DNA of 63,513 bases, the filler included, from Bigelowiella natans CCMP2755 (taxonomy: Eukaryota > Protista > Cercozoa), in the NCBI GenBank assembly GCA_000320545.1. It is 6 parts of 6 records of this genome, joined end to end, with 100 filler letters (N's around TTAATTAATTAA, not from the genome) between each part and the next. Parts side by side here need not be neighbours in the genome. Positions count along the whole stretch, not along the records: positions 22,231 to 46,417 come from ADNK01000524.1; 5 more parts are not named here. One strand, 5' to 3'. Each line of letters begins with the position of its first letter. Position 1 is the first letter of the stretch. The translations under genes and the position numbers were made by a program. This document shows, piece by piece, positions 27,424 through 41,101 of the stretch. The notes beneath the pieces are model-generated. The model was given only the letters and a program-made list of their open reading frames with translations, was not told the DNA's origin and did not search any database.

Positions 27424-29093
27424 GATGCGACTGAACAAACGGGAGAATTACCGGCTGTAAACGGAAACATCTTGATCCAAGAGAACCAGGTGCAAATCTG
27501 AAGACTAAGCACGAGTCGGCAGGTGCTCGAATGATAAATTCTTGAAGTTAGTTTTGTCCCCATACATGCTACTCGGACTTCGTGGCCACACAGTGCCGAC
27601 GAACTTGCTGCCTAATCTTATAACTAGGTCTCATCCGCTGGTATTGCTCACGGAGGATTGCACTATTCAAGCAAGTGGGTCCAAGCAGTTAAGATTAAGG
27701 CAGCCCTGCCACTGGGCAGGGATATAAAAAGACTGTACACGATGATGCTACACGCTTCTCCTACGTCCACAGCCCCGAGGACGACCAACTACGGAAACTG
27801 CTTTGCGAGCAAGGGTAATCCTCGTAGAAAGCCCGAAGCGCATCAGAACCAGCGAAAGTCGGCGTCCACCGATGACGGCAACGTCTCCTCTTCCTCTTCT
27901 CAAACAAAGAATAAGAAAAGCAAAAACGCAAAGATTGAGGGCCTCTCCGAAGGTTCTGGCATATGGTGGCGCTACAATGAAGGCTGGGTCAGTGCGGAGA
28001 TTTTACGCGCTCTGGGAGATGGATACTATGATATCAAGATCGTGGATCCAAAAATTGTGAAAGGACTTGGACGCGACAGCGTATTTGGAATAGAAGGCTC
28101 ACGTCTCCGTGCCAAGAATGAGGAGCAACAGAATGGTGCGACAAGAGGAGGAGAGGAATCATTCTCGACCATAGGAGAAAGCTCGCACGGAGATCAAGCT
28201 GCACTTCTAAAGGTATTGTGAATGTTTTTCTTTTCGTAACTTTTGGATCTTCACCCTCCCAATAATTTTGCAGGATAGCAAGGGTGGCAATGGAAACGAA
28301 GACATAATAAGGGTAGTTCAAAATCTAGTAGTGGCAGCAATATAGCGCAGTTGCCCTTCACCCGATTAGTGTAGTACTCTGATAATTCTATGTCTTTCGC
28401 ATGGCCTCATAGACGACGTAATGTATCCGCAAGTTCTTATTCATTCGGTCGATAACCCCAGGACGATTTTCTCACATTTCCCACTGCCCTAGCTCTATCT
28501 CCCCTTGGCCTCATACCTCATCCATCCAAGATTAGCCTCCTTTCTCCTTCATGTAAGCCTTCTCCTGGACTGTCAGTATCGACACCCGGACAGAGGCCAG
28601 GGCAGCTCCCGGAGGACCTCACCTCATGGAATACCTCTAATGATAATGACACTAGCCCCTCCGTCCCCCCCTTTTCCACCGCGCTCAAACATTTCTACCA
28701 GAAAGAAGAGGAGAGGAAGGTGGAGAGAGAGATATCGTGTGCTCTATTCACCTCCAATTCGACGTGCATCAGAACTAACGAAGGGATTTTTCATCATTCT
28801 TTCTCTAGGTCGACCCTGTGTTCCTTTTACGTGAACTGCAGAGGACAGTAGAACAGGGGCCGAGGGGGAAGTTACAAAGAGACAGCTACTCGCGTAGAAA
28901 CAGAAATCAGGGGCCTATTGTGTCACCGTCATCATTTCTCAACCTCAATTCCGGGGGTGGACGGTCTACGCATGAGCGTCTGATTGACCATCCAGTTCCT
29001 TCAGCCTTCAACGGAATTAGTAGTAACAAGGACACAAGGACGAGAAAGAATGTGCACCAGAATAAACGGGCGAGCAAGAGATCTAGATCTTGA
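27424..29093 (+). CDS. Hypothetical protein with a Tudor/Agenet/SH3-like beta-barrel and low-complexity flanks
   Basis: Long open exon ~27629-28212 containing WWRYNEGWVSAEILRALGDGYYDIKIVD. Flanking AG/GT-bounded exons and a terminal exon ~28809-29093. 5' end unresolved. Confidence 0.45.
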
Positions 29094-30960
29094 AATCAAT
29101 GAACGGTGGATAAGAAGCAGCCTCATCAATTGCGATGCCCTTAATTTGAAGCGGTGATGAGATGATGACGATGGTTATGATAGCACCTTTTCACATCTAG
29201 TGCGCATTTCGACAAGGCCGTTTCGATTGGATATCGTTAGATCTTCTTTATACCATGTTAGCTAGAGCCCTATACTTCAATTCCTGTTACTCCTGACCTT
29301 TTACCTAGTACCTATCCATATTGGCGACATGCAGCTCGAGAATCACTGAATATCACTCAGAAAAACAGTTTGATCATCCTCCGGGAAGAGAAAATGGATA
29401 TTAGCCGACAAAATTCTAATGGAAAGAAATTATAAATATCCTTTAACTATCAATAGCTCGTTAAACAAATTTGTTATCAGCAATGTAAGAAACAAATTAA
29501 ATGTATTTACTACGCAAGTTGGGCAAAAATACGCACACAACAATTGAGGCACAAAACATGGTATTCAGATTACAGCTGCTAGGTAGCTATGTGCGATATC
29601 TGGGAGCAAATTGGAGAAACAGATTTCATGGCACCTACTAGTATCACGTTAGCTAGTTAGGCACCATGCAATTCAGTGCATCATTGCGATGAACGCTGAT
29701 CGGGATGCTACATGATGCTCAATGGTGAGGTGCTGCACCCTGACAACGAAGGAATTGATAATGCTGACACATGGTGTGAACACCATCTTGAGATGTGTTC
29801 ATTGCTGTGTTTGTCTTTGCATCATTTTTGTGCCATGCACACACAGCGCACTGTAGCATGAATTCATCAGTTGTTGTAGTTTGTGTGCGCAGCCTGTGCA
29901 TGCGAATGGAAACAAGATCAAACATGTCTGCGTTGTCCACACATCCCAGTCGATCACTGCAGCACAACAATTGGAAAAACAGCGAACAGACTGGACAGAA
30001 GTAGTGATGGTTTCTAGGTTTGCATCCACCACCACAACTAGACAAGACTGGATTGATCGCATGCTTGCAAACATTCCAGCATTTGTCACGTGTTGCTCGC
30101 ATCAGGCGTGCGTTTGCGTGAGATTTCTGATTCCACATTTGCAGGCAACAAACCCTGTGAATCGCACGTCTAGACGCTCAGGACAATTGCACACTACTGG
30201 AGAACGTGAGCGAGTGCAAAAGGATCATCGGACGCATTGACTCGCATCATCCACAATGACCCCACTAGCCCAACCAGTCAGCGTGTCGATCAGCGTGCCG
30301 CACGAAACGAGTGAACACGTCTAGACGTGATTGGAACATTTTCAGTGCTTGACTCGAAAGACACGGGACGTGAATGAACAAAGTGACTCAACAGGAGCGT
30401 TTGAAAGGATCATTGGTCACGCTGACTCATCCGTGACCTCTCCAACCGAGCCAACTCAATTGCGTCCTCCTAGCCTCCGCAATCAAGAGTGCAATCAAAA
30501 GAATTCGCGAGGGTTTCTTGTTTCACATCTGCCTGCCATCAACGCTCAGATAGGTGACCTGTAGAGACGGCGCTCACGCAAGGAAGGAAAATCGAGGGTT
30601 CGTTTGAATGAATGAAGTTTCAATACTCACATCCGCCAGCTACGAGCGCTTAGACACAAACAACAAAATTCAGATGTTTTACATCCTGCGACTTGGAAAA
30701 AAAGATAGTCGTACTTTGAATAAGGACATCGATCTTTCTCATCGCCCCGGCCCGAACATAGATGTTTCCTGACGAGAACACAGTCTAATTCCATCAAAAG
30801 ACATGAAAAAAACAGGTTAAATTTCAAGATAAATCACCTTGATTTTGGATTAGATATTTCGATTGGGTATCTCCAAGTAACTCATAACATCGGGGGGGGG
30901 GGGGGGGGAATCCTCAAGGGATTTGAGAACGTATATATATTTTCTTCATCTTATAGAAGT

Positions 30961-33351
30961 ATGGAAACACCGGAAACGCTGGAACAAGCTTCGAAAGGGG
31001 GTCCAATCCCCTTGCGACAATGGCAGAGGAATGCACTCCCAAAGGATACATTTCGAGAAGTCAGACATGCTCTTACCGCTTCATGCATACATGTCAACTA
31101 TTATTTTTCTTCGGCTAAATTCCTGTCTTCTGATAGTGGGCGGAAAAGCCACCGACGCTCCTCAACGACGAACAGATGAGGCAGTTTGTGGTAGGTTGCA
31201 AAACAGTTGCTTTTCTGCTCGGACAGCAATATATCGAAAACCACACAGGTGGACGGGTTCGTTGTGATTGATAGCGGACTGGAAAAGGCAGTGTTGGACC
31301 TCATCTGCAACAAAGTTGCGTCGATACCCACCCGTTCTTTGCTTACGATCTCCTGCTCGAGTGGTGAGCTGTAATGTCTATCTGATCCAATGATACATCA
31401 TGCACGACAGATGGGTACGCTCCTCGACGACGACTCCAATTCTCCGATTGGCAGCTGGAATCCGGGTAACAACGTGATGGCCACCGTTCCAGAACTGGCA
31501 AGACTTATTCAGTCGCCCAATCTTAGAGGGTAAACAACACAGTAAAAAAGCAGCGTGACCTCATGACTAACTCCATTACGACTCGTGGAAGTGAAACTGA
31601 ATACGGTACACGCAATGACTGCAGTGTTCTCCTCCCCTTCTTGTTCCCTGCCCCCGCTTAGAGCTCTGACGTCCATCCTTGGACCTAATTACCACGAGCA
31701 TGCGCACAGGTACAACTCTCATTGGCAGCCAAAAAATAGGGTATCGACGTCCTCTGCTTCACATCTTGCAATACTTTGTCAAATCAGAGTGATTGTGTGC
31801 TGCATTTTTACGCAATATCTTATGCGATGACGATCTTTGATCTTTTTTTCTCCGTAATAAATAATTCTTTTTTCATGCCGCCTCGAAATTTTCCCCATGG
31901 CCACAAAAAGGTATCTGCACGATCTGAGGCATGCAGAAAAAGGCGGACCCCACCGTGCGCAGGTCGTTTGCAGTTTGACAAACAATTATTAAGAAGTCTA
32001 AAGTATCCAGACTAGCCCTCTTTTCCGTCGATACACATGTGACTAATAGGAATCCTCTTGTTTTTTGGCATTTTCATTCGTGATGACAATGTTTCGCTCT
32101 TCATTCGATCTTTTCGTAAGATTCAAACACACACTCTCAGGATTACCACAAGGACACACAGTCACCTATGGCACTAGCCGCGAATCATCATCCCAACTGG
32201 GCCATGGTCTTATTTTGAAAACTCTAACAGAATCGAGTTGTAAAAAGGAAAGAGGGGAGGCGAGCGGGGCAAATTGAAAGTCTTATTAAAACGTTTTGGC
32301 ATGACAATTCTCTATGTTTTTGAAAGAAAACAACGACAACACAATAAATGTATTCTCTTAATCCATAAATCGAAACAGGTCCTTTTCTTCCCACAAGAAA
32401 CGCCAAAGATCATGGGTCTTTGCTTACTTTCCACCTTTCTTCCGCTTTTGCATCACCGTTGCGGCAAAATGCAGTAGCACAGACAACATCTGCCGATGTC
32501 TAAATACTCTCCTCCTCCTCCTCCTCCTCCTCCTCCTCCTCCTCCTACTCCTCCTCGTTCTTCACCTAATTTTCGATGAAGGGCCTACCGGTGTCATTGC
32601 TGGAACCCAATACGACACAAGGCCTGAGCACATGGTTAGAGATGAAGAGAACAAACTAGGTGGGTCATTGATGGTGGGTCATTGATAGTGAATGTGGACA
32701 TGGAGGAGGAGATATAGGGAAATGCAGAGAGTGTTGCAGAGCACAACACAGTATTTCTCCTTGGGGAAAACAGGAGATCAGAAACGTTTTGCTACTATAG
32801 CGTACATTGTGTGTGTGTGTGTGTGTGTGCGAGTTTACGTGTGTGATGCTTGACGAGTCCAATGCTCCTACTAAACATGTCAGGGAGGCCTGTAGACGCC
32901 AAGAAAGCAGGTATGAGTAAGCAATAGATATAATGAGGAAAGTTGATAACGTCACACACACACACACACACACACACACATAAAAAATTATTTATATTTT
33001 TACTACAATTTACACATGACAGGCACGTGCGCGATCGTCCATTTCGACCTTGTTCACAGAGGAAATGTAATATGCTCATCTAGACGCAGCACACATTCTT
33101 CCATGACACCGAAAAACAATCACGCTGCCATAGAAAGCGTACATCCCGGCACACAATCACACTCGTAAAGCAACATCAGAGGCACACAGTTATTAATACT
33201 GCGTCTTCTTTCTTTTCCTCAGATAAACCTAAATAAGAATAAAGTGCGCTACATGCTCAAGCTTGTCTTCGCACGGTTGGTGTAGTAGTAAAAAACAATA
33301 CGAGCCTCTCTCTTTCACTCTCTCTTTCTATTTCCCCCTCCCTCCTTCCCG

Positions 33352-33423
<72 letters not shown>

Positions 33424-33665
33424 TTGTGTTTGTATGCTAAAAAAAGGAGTGCTACTCCCACGGAGCCCTCTTGGAAGTGCAAGGTGTAGTGGCCATTGGA
33501 TCACTGCTGTTGATCTAAATGACTCCTTAGCAGTACTGACTATTTTATGAATGATGCCAGGACACGGTGTTCCGATTGCCGAAGCAGATCCGAGGAAGAT
33601 ACAAGGCCCTTCCTATCTGGTATAATGCTCCAAAACTATCTCAGCTCGATGCAACCATATATGTA

Positions 33666-33713
<48 letters not shown>

Positions 33714-34130
33714 TATCGAGCACACACACGCTAAGATGACGACAATCATGATTCGACGCGCGCACCAATATCATCGTGTCTTTTTGCCATACATCATGTA
33801 AAATAGATCAATGATTAAAAAATTTGTACGTACTAAGTATAAAAGACTCATGATTTGGAAAGGAATTCGGTCGGAAACGAAGCAAAAAAACTACTACCTC
33901 CAGGTGTCACGTATGGGACTGGCTATGTGGGAGGACGACGACTGGTGGAGGGTCATCACTCGCATAATGAAAACCAATAGAGAGTATACGTCGACGATGC
34001 ACGGAGAGGAAACATCCTAATTTACAGCACCACCATATACAAGATCAAACGATCGATCGATCGAGAGTATACTTCTTCATTTTCCCTACTCATGGGCCTT
34101 GCCGCTGTTTTAGCTTGCAAAAGCATACAC

Positions 34131-34171
<41 letters not shown>

Positions 34172-34997
34172 TGCACACATATCCAACCAAACGCACATCG
34201 ATGTCATATACCTCCTTTAAAGAACATGATTCCCGTCCTGTGTGACGCCGTGACAATATCGTTCTCTGCGTCTGACGGCCTTCCCGCAGGTTTCCGAGCT
34301 TGGATTCTGTGTGTAAGAGCGCGGAGGGAAAGTACACCGCGGAGGCAAAGCGTCTCGATATCGACCGCTTTGTACGCGGGATGATGGTAGTTGTTTTGCT
34401 GTTGGCCGACGATGTAAATGAAACTCATAGTCTTCAATACGCATGCATGTTACTCAAGGCTAATCCCGACGACACGCCACTCGGCGGCGAAACACCACAC
34501 AGCTTCGGGTAGGTGGAAGATATATTTACAACTGTGGAAAAATGCACAGGCACACGCACACGCACACACACGTGAATATCAGGGGATGAATATGACTTTA
34601 AAATCGTCGTGGTCGTCGCTGTCATCATCATATCGTTCCTTTCTTGACTACTACTCCACGACAGCTATTGGCTAGCAGCGCGTGGCGGGATGAAAGGGAT
34701 TAGCGCACTGATCGTATGTTGCAAATTCTGAAGATAAAAGATTGAATATATATATGTGTATATATATACATATATAAATATAAATATGCTTTATTTTTGA
34801 CTCATATTTTAGAATAGCTTTGCATTTCTGTCTCCACTATCAAACTCCCCCCATCATATTATGTTTACATTATCATTGCGTGTGATAGACTTCGATCGTG
34901 ACGTCCCCCCCCCCTCCCCATGGCTGGCTCGGGTGCAGCGACCATTCTCCTATGCATCCAGCTTCGTATGCACTGGTGTGGTATCGTATGTGCGAAT

Positions 34998-35048
<51 letters not shown>

Positions 35049-36836
35049 ATGCGTGTATGCGTGTTGGGCGCTTTTATTCTTGTAAGTTTTAGTAGTAACC
35101 TGGTTTGCCTGCTATGTCTTCCACGGCAAACTAGTGCGCTGCGGGCTCGGCGGCAGTGGAGGCGATCCTTCAAGAACTCACCCAAACGCTGCGGAAGGTG
35201 CTCGTGCGTGTGTGTGTGTGTGTAAGAAAGAGGGAGAGAGAGAGATGTCTTGGATATAAGATGTGTGTGTGTGTGTGGTAGTCGGGCCACGACGGGAAGA
35301 AGCAGCAGTCCTCTTCCTCCCCCCCTTTTGGAACGCTATTTGAGGTCGAACCCAGCGGCGAAGAGGGCACCTTTCTCGTCAAGGAAGCGGTAATGCACGA
35401 TGAATTATGACGGCGACAGTAGTAGTTGGAGGACCAAAAAAGGGGGGATGGAAGGTGAAGGAAGAACCCAGACATTTTGCCCTTATTCTATTCGATTGGC
35501 GGTGTATATTTACGTGCCTCTATAACAAAGCACCTTCTCCGCGCGCGCGCGCACACACACACACACAGTCGTACATATCCATACAATTGATCCTCGGTAG
35601 GGCTCACAGCGGTACGTCTGTCTCGACGAAGGCGCAGGCGAATGGGAAGGTGCACGAGGTCTAATCGTCATCTCGGTAGTATCTATGATAGGAATAGTGT
35701 AGTAGTAGTAGTAGGAGGAGGAGGAGGAGATGGGGGGACGAATACTAATTTATTGCTGTTATTACTAATCTGGCTGGTACTACCAAATGACGCTACCAGC
35801 GACCTGCTCCCCTCGCTTATCCTCACAACACACGAATCATCATCATCATCATTAGCGCCGCGGTGGCCGCTTCAAACCCGAACATTTCCATGCTCTGCCT
35901 ATCGACTCTTCGGCCTGCGCCTTCATCTCTCCCAGGAGAGGGGAGGAGACACGGATACATGAGGACGGGCTTGGAGACGGAAAGCTTCGGCTTCTGGAAG
36001 GCGCTGACGATGATTTCACGGAATTCGTTAAAGAGGAGCAAGCTTCGAGCGGGAGATTCCGCCTGCGCGTGCGGGGCTCTGGCCACGTCCTGCATGCCCC
36101 TCCGCAAGACGGCGCAGCTATACGTGGCATGTCGGCGGAAGTGGGTGGCGACGAAAACGGGGTGACACGATCCCAGAGGGCTGTTCGTTGGATCCGAATG
36201 AACCTCGTCTTCGCTCTCGGGGAGATGGGAGCGGCCGCGTTCTTCGCGACCAATCGCCAAGAAGGGAAAGAGAACGATAAAGCTTCTGCGGCAAAACGCG
36301 GCGGCACCCTCGAAACGCTGATCCAAATGGCCCTGGAGGAGGAGGTTGAACACGATCAACAGCTCGTGAGAATCTTGCTAGGAGCGATTGCGGACATTGC
36401 TGCTGGCGGCTTGGCCGGTGGTGGCGGTAGAGATCCTGTGGATAGCGCTATCGCTGTATTGGCAAAGTTCCTAGGTGGTGCGCGCAAGGATCCCAAGGAG
36501 TGGTCTGCCCACGATGACAGCCACCGTCTATTTACTCCTGGAGATATGATCCGTATCACAGCGGCCTCAGGGTTGATGAAAATCATCGCTGCAGCAGTTG
36601 CTGGGAGGGGGAAAAGGAGAGGTAGAGAGCGAAGCAATAATGGAGAGAGCGAGGAGTTTCCCTCATCCTTGGTAGGAGCTTTGGCGAAGGCACTCACGGA
36701 CCCATGCGGCTACGTTCAGTGGCTCGCTCTGCAGTGTCTACTAAAAATCGGTAGCAATGATGCTGTCAACGTAGCGATTCGCGCTATGCATAGCCACTGG
36801 TTCGACGCCACATTGACAAAGCAGTTCACGTTTTAA
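30961..36836 (+). CDS. Phytanoyl-CoA dioxygenase (PhyH)-family Fe/2OG enzyme fused to C-terminal HEAT-like repeats
   Basis: Spliced: LLNDEQMRQFV|VDGFVVI, NPGNNVMATVPEL, LRG|ALTSILGPNY, QDYHKD (HxD), FFPQETPKIM|GPTGVIAGTQY, GTCAIVHFDLVHRG (distal His), RYMLKLVFAR. The last exon has HEAT-like units (NLVFALGEMG; ALAKALTDPCGYVQWLALQCLLKIG). Confidence 0.85.
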
Positions 36837-37412
36837 TTGATATCGGTAACAATTGACGTGCATCTTCCTGCTCCTGGCAAACCTGCAATATTTTAAGATT
36901 TGTGCTTTACATCTTGCGCTGCGCGTCCGTCACATCTCTAACTAGACATGTACGTATGTAGAGATTGCTATTGCGCTTATTATGTGCATATGGCTGCGGT
37001 GGCATATCCAGCCGACTGCTGGTGTCTGAATGTGCCAAAGTGGATCAGCAGATCCGCATATCGCGTGCATTTTTGCTGTTCCTACTATATCGGTCGCAGA
37101 TATGTTGCACATATACAGATGATATCATCGTGTGGAAAAGTTTCACGTAAATGCCAAGTATTTAACGAGCGCAGCAATCAACATGTGACAGAACAGCTTG
37201 CCGCGTCTTTAAAATTAATTACTCTTAACATAGATTTAGCATTCACAAGGCCATACGCACATACATACACACACACACACACACACTTGCAGGCACACGA
37301 TATATAATCTAGATAACATTTATTTCCTTGATACTAGGTGGAGGCTGAGCTGTCACCAACAGAACGATCAATGGATTGATTACATCTTCCGACCGAACTA
37401 TATTATTTACAA

Positions 37413-37600
37413 TTAGATTCCTAGCACTCCCCCTTTCCCGCCCGACCCTCCCGCGCGCTCCTTCTCGATACCGAACACTCCGAGTTCTTCTGGATCGAAT
37501 CCTTGGCCTGCAATTAGGAATTTATTTATGAGGGGGGAGGGAACTAGTACGGCGAGGTTTGTTGAAGTGGAAGTATTGTGCGGGTTGCAAGCCGAGATAG

Positions 37601-37654
<54 letters not shown>

Positions 37655-37802
37655 TTCATTCATAGTATCAAAATAGTTAAAAGGTAATATTGTCGTCGTA
37701 GTCGTCCTCTTGCCTTTTTTTCTGGCCGCCCTTTTCTCCTCCTCGATTCTCCTCTCTCGTTCAATTCTTCAGGGAAAAGAGGGGCGCGCGCACACAGAAA
37801 CA

Positions 37803-37835
<33 letters not shown>

Positions 37836-38355
37836 GTCAGAGCACCAGCGATGGTATATTTGATCTCTCGTTAGGGTAGGCCAGTAAACATTCCGTCTCT
37901 TGAAACAGTCTCCGCCAACTTCGAGGAGGAGCGACAGCCACTGCTATTGCTCCCCCTTCTCCTCATCCTCTTCCTACTACTACTGTTACTTTTGCTCCTA
38001 CCGTTCCTCCGGTGTTTCCGTGGAGATGAGATTGATCTTGGACGTGATCTCCTCATTGCGGCCTTCGAGGCTTTCGAGCTCTTTTTCCAGGTTCTAAGCA
38101 AAGAAGCAACAGCAGCCATTATTGTTATGGATCATTAGCATATCATAGATTCTTATTATGTAAAAGTAGGCCCTTCGTGTGTGCGGTAGTAGTAGTAGTA
38201 GCAGTAGGATAAATGCGGCATTAATTTTTACTGCTACTTCTACTTCCACTATTACTACTACTCGCACAACCTCTAGAACGTCGCGCTTGAAGACGATCAG
38301 CCTATCCAGCTCGTGGCGCTCCTCCTGCACCCAGGGCAGAACCAAAAGTGAGGAG

Positions 38356-38392
<37 letters not shown>

Positions 38393-38734
38393 GAGAGGCA
38401 CAAAGAATGACATATAGAAGATCATGTTTTTCTAGGTCTTCTAGCGCATGTGTTGTCATCTCCATATTCCTTCTATCCTCCTCCTCCTCCCGCTTTCTCT
38501 CCCACTTACGATGAGGCGGTCGCGCTCCCATTCGGCCTGCGCCTTCGCGACTCGGACTTGTTCCTCTGTTGGCCCCTGTAAGGGGGGGGGGGAGAGACGA
38601 GGAGGGGGAGGAACAGGGAGCGATGGCATTATTACTTTTAGAATTTATTGGAAAAGTGGTAATGAGTAGGACGTAGAGGTGTAAACAGATCGAATCGACG
38701 AGGAGATGCGCAAGAAAGAACCAGGGCAAGGGGC

Positions 38735-38766
<32 letters not shown>

Positions 38767-38894
38767 CATACACAGCAACATACATCGTCCTCCAGCTTCT
38801 TTAGAGCCACTTTATCCTCGTATCTCAATATAGGCGGTGAGCTAGTTGCGACACCAGTCTCGCTGTTGTAGTAGTAGGGCCTGGCAAGGACGCA

Positions 38895-38943
<49 letters not shown>

Positions 38944-39939
38944 GCACACACACACACATACGAAAGCACGTGAATATCTTTCCTACTGCCACTGATATTA
39001 TCTATCCCTTCCTCACTTTCCTTTTCCCTCACCCTCCTCGCCTTATTTATCATCATCAACGGTAGAAAAAAAATACGAAACATGATATAGCTTACTCTCC
39101 AGTCTTCTCGTGATACACAACGTCCCATCCATCCGGAAGCTCAGCTAAGTCGGCTGTTGGAGAGTAAGTTTGCATGGGTGAGGAGGGTGTTTAAGCAACT
39201 TCAATACAAACAACGAAAAGACTGCTGCTTTGGCTATTGAAACTCGATTATGAGCTTATATAGTTGAAGAGGGACCAAACAAGTTCGCCATTGCTTTTGC
39301 TACTACCACTATCAGTTTCATCATCATCATTTTCATCATCATCATCCTCATCTTCGTCCTAATTTCGTGGCCATGGTTACCACTGAGCTTCGGCGGGACG
39401 ATGCGCTTTGTTCCATCATCATCTTCCTCAATAGTGACGCGGAAGTTCTTAAAGAAGGGAAGAAGAAACAACAGGAGAGAAAGAACAAGGAGAAGTATGG
39501 TAGTAGAGGAGGGTACATTGAAAATGGAAATTGAGGGTGATGCTGAGACTGACGAGCATAGAACAACCGTTCCGATGGTTTTACCACAAATGGGATATAC
39601 ATTCCAACGCCCACGATACTCATTCTCCTCCTTCTCCTTCTCATATGTACAGCAATACCTCAGGGTCCACCATCTCCCTCTCCTCGTCTTTGCTCTTGTC
39701 CCTATACTGATAAGTGGTGTTGCACATCGTCATTTTCATCAAACATCTCTAATTGCCTCTCTGAAATAACCTCGGAACGCAATTGTTCTACGGACCAAAA
39801 GATCTGTCCCTACCCTTCTTCTTTTTGTTTCAGAGATTACTAATTAAACTAACAGAAACTATTCCTCCTCACCTCTTCGTCCAAGGGAGCGGGGTCCACC
39901 TACATTAAGGTAACAAGCGTGAACGAGCATGGAAGAATA

Positions 39940-39973
<34 letters not shown>

Positions 39974-40017
39974 ATAATCAGAATGTGGTAGGAAAAGGTT
40001 GTGGTATGTATTGGGGT

Positions 40018-40058
<41 letters not shown>

Positions 40059-40624
40059 AGGGAGGGAGATAATCAGAATGTGGTAGGAAAAGGTTGTTGT
40101 ATGTATTGGGGAGAGAAGAGATAAGGAGGAACAGGATACGTATCGGATTATATGGATATGACCCTTTTCTTTTTTTTCCTGGGCGGAGTGAAAGAGGCAT
40201 GCGCGCGTAATTGCAGACGTTGCAAACGAAGTGCAAGCTGGCCTATAGTCGGGTTTCGACTGACACAACCAACCATGACGGTAAGAAAGGGGGGGATGGA
40301 CGCGAACATGCGGTCGCATTAATTTATGACAACGAGTCTCCGCTGCAGCTCAGACATCGTCAGATCCATGTGATTTGCTATATGAACTAAACGTATCTAT
40401 TGCGCTAGTGTTACCACCTTGCGAGATTTAGGCCTTGGAATGCATATCCTAAGAGGAGAGAGAGAGTAAAGGAGAGAGTAAAGGTTTGCCTGAAAGTCCA
40501 GAGACAAATGTGTCGAAAATGAAGATGGTGGAATTCATTAACCATTTCTAGTAGGGCCCAATACGAGGCCTCCGCTTGCGGCAGAGGCGATTAGGAGGAG
40601 GAGGAGAAGGGAGGCGCTTGCCAT
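37413..40624 (-). CDS. Signal-peptide-bearing protein with a WW domain and a coiled-coil C-terminus
   Basis: First exon MASASLLLLLLIASAASG. Exons ~39143-39096 and ~38880-38786 give LPDGWDVVYHEKTGE|PYYYNSETGVATSSPP. Later exons NLEKELESLEGRNEEI. Stop at 37413. Confidence 0.65.
39968..40111. repeat. Intronic direct duplication of ~48 bp separated by a (GA)n tract
   Basis: gggagataatcagaatgtggtaggaaaaggttgt(g/t)gtatgtattgggg occurs at ~39969 and ~40064 with one mismatch. Confidence 0.9.
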
Positions 40625-41101
40625 GGCTTTGTTTCCAGAGATCCACAACAATAATGAGAAGCTGTGGCTCCGGAACTTTTGGGTGGGTGTGGGGGAGAGG
40701 TGCGACAGAATTTCTCCTCTTATTTTTATTGTCGTAGGTTGTGAAAAACATGCTATTTTCGCCTAACCACAGGCGGTTTTGACACAAAGATCAGCAGTTT
40801 TCAGGCCATTTCGAAGTGTTCTTCTATCCTGCGCCATCACCGTTGACAAGTCGCAGCACGTAGAAACCTGTGTCCATCTGACTTTCCCCTGCGGCTTGAG
40901 TATGTGGTTGTCGCAGGATGAAGATCTAGGATGTTTATGCGAAGAATGAGATCAGCTCCAGCTGATCGCTCCCGCTCCACGTCCTTCTTCGGTCCGAGGA
41001 AGACATCGCGCAGCACTAGCTGCTTCATTTCAGAGACCTGGAACAGCAGAACAGATCAGGAGTGATGAGCCCATATTCTGAAGCCATTGGGGATCTAGAT
41101 C

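Noticed and set aside
35823-36697. Minus-strand ORFs of 113-178 aa
   Set aside because: Antisense to the last exon of the PhyH-HEAT gene.
40837-41028. 63-aa minus-strand ORF upstream of U2
   Set aside because: No motif recognised. It lies in the shared promoter gap between the WW gene and U2 and cannot be supported as a gene.
41062-41081. GTGATGA...CTGA box C/D-like motif just upstream of U2
   Set aside because: Only 9 nt between the boxes, and no convincing upstream C box, terminal stem or identifiable target.
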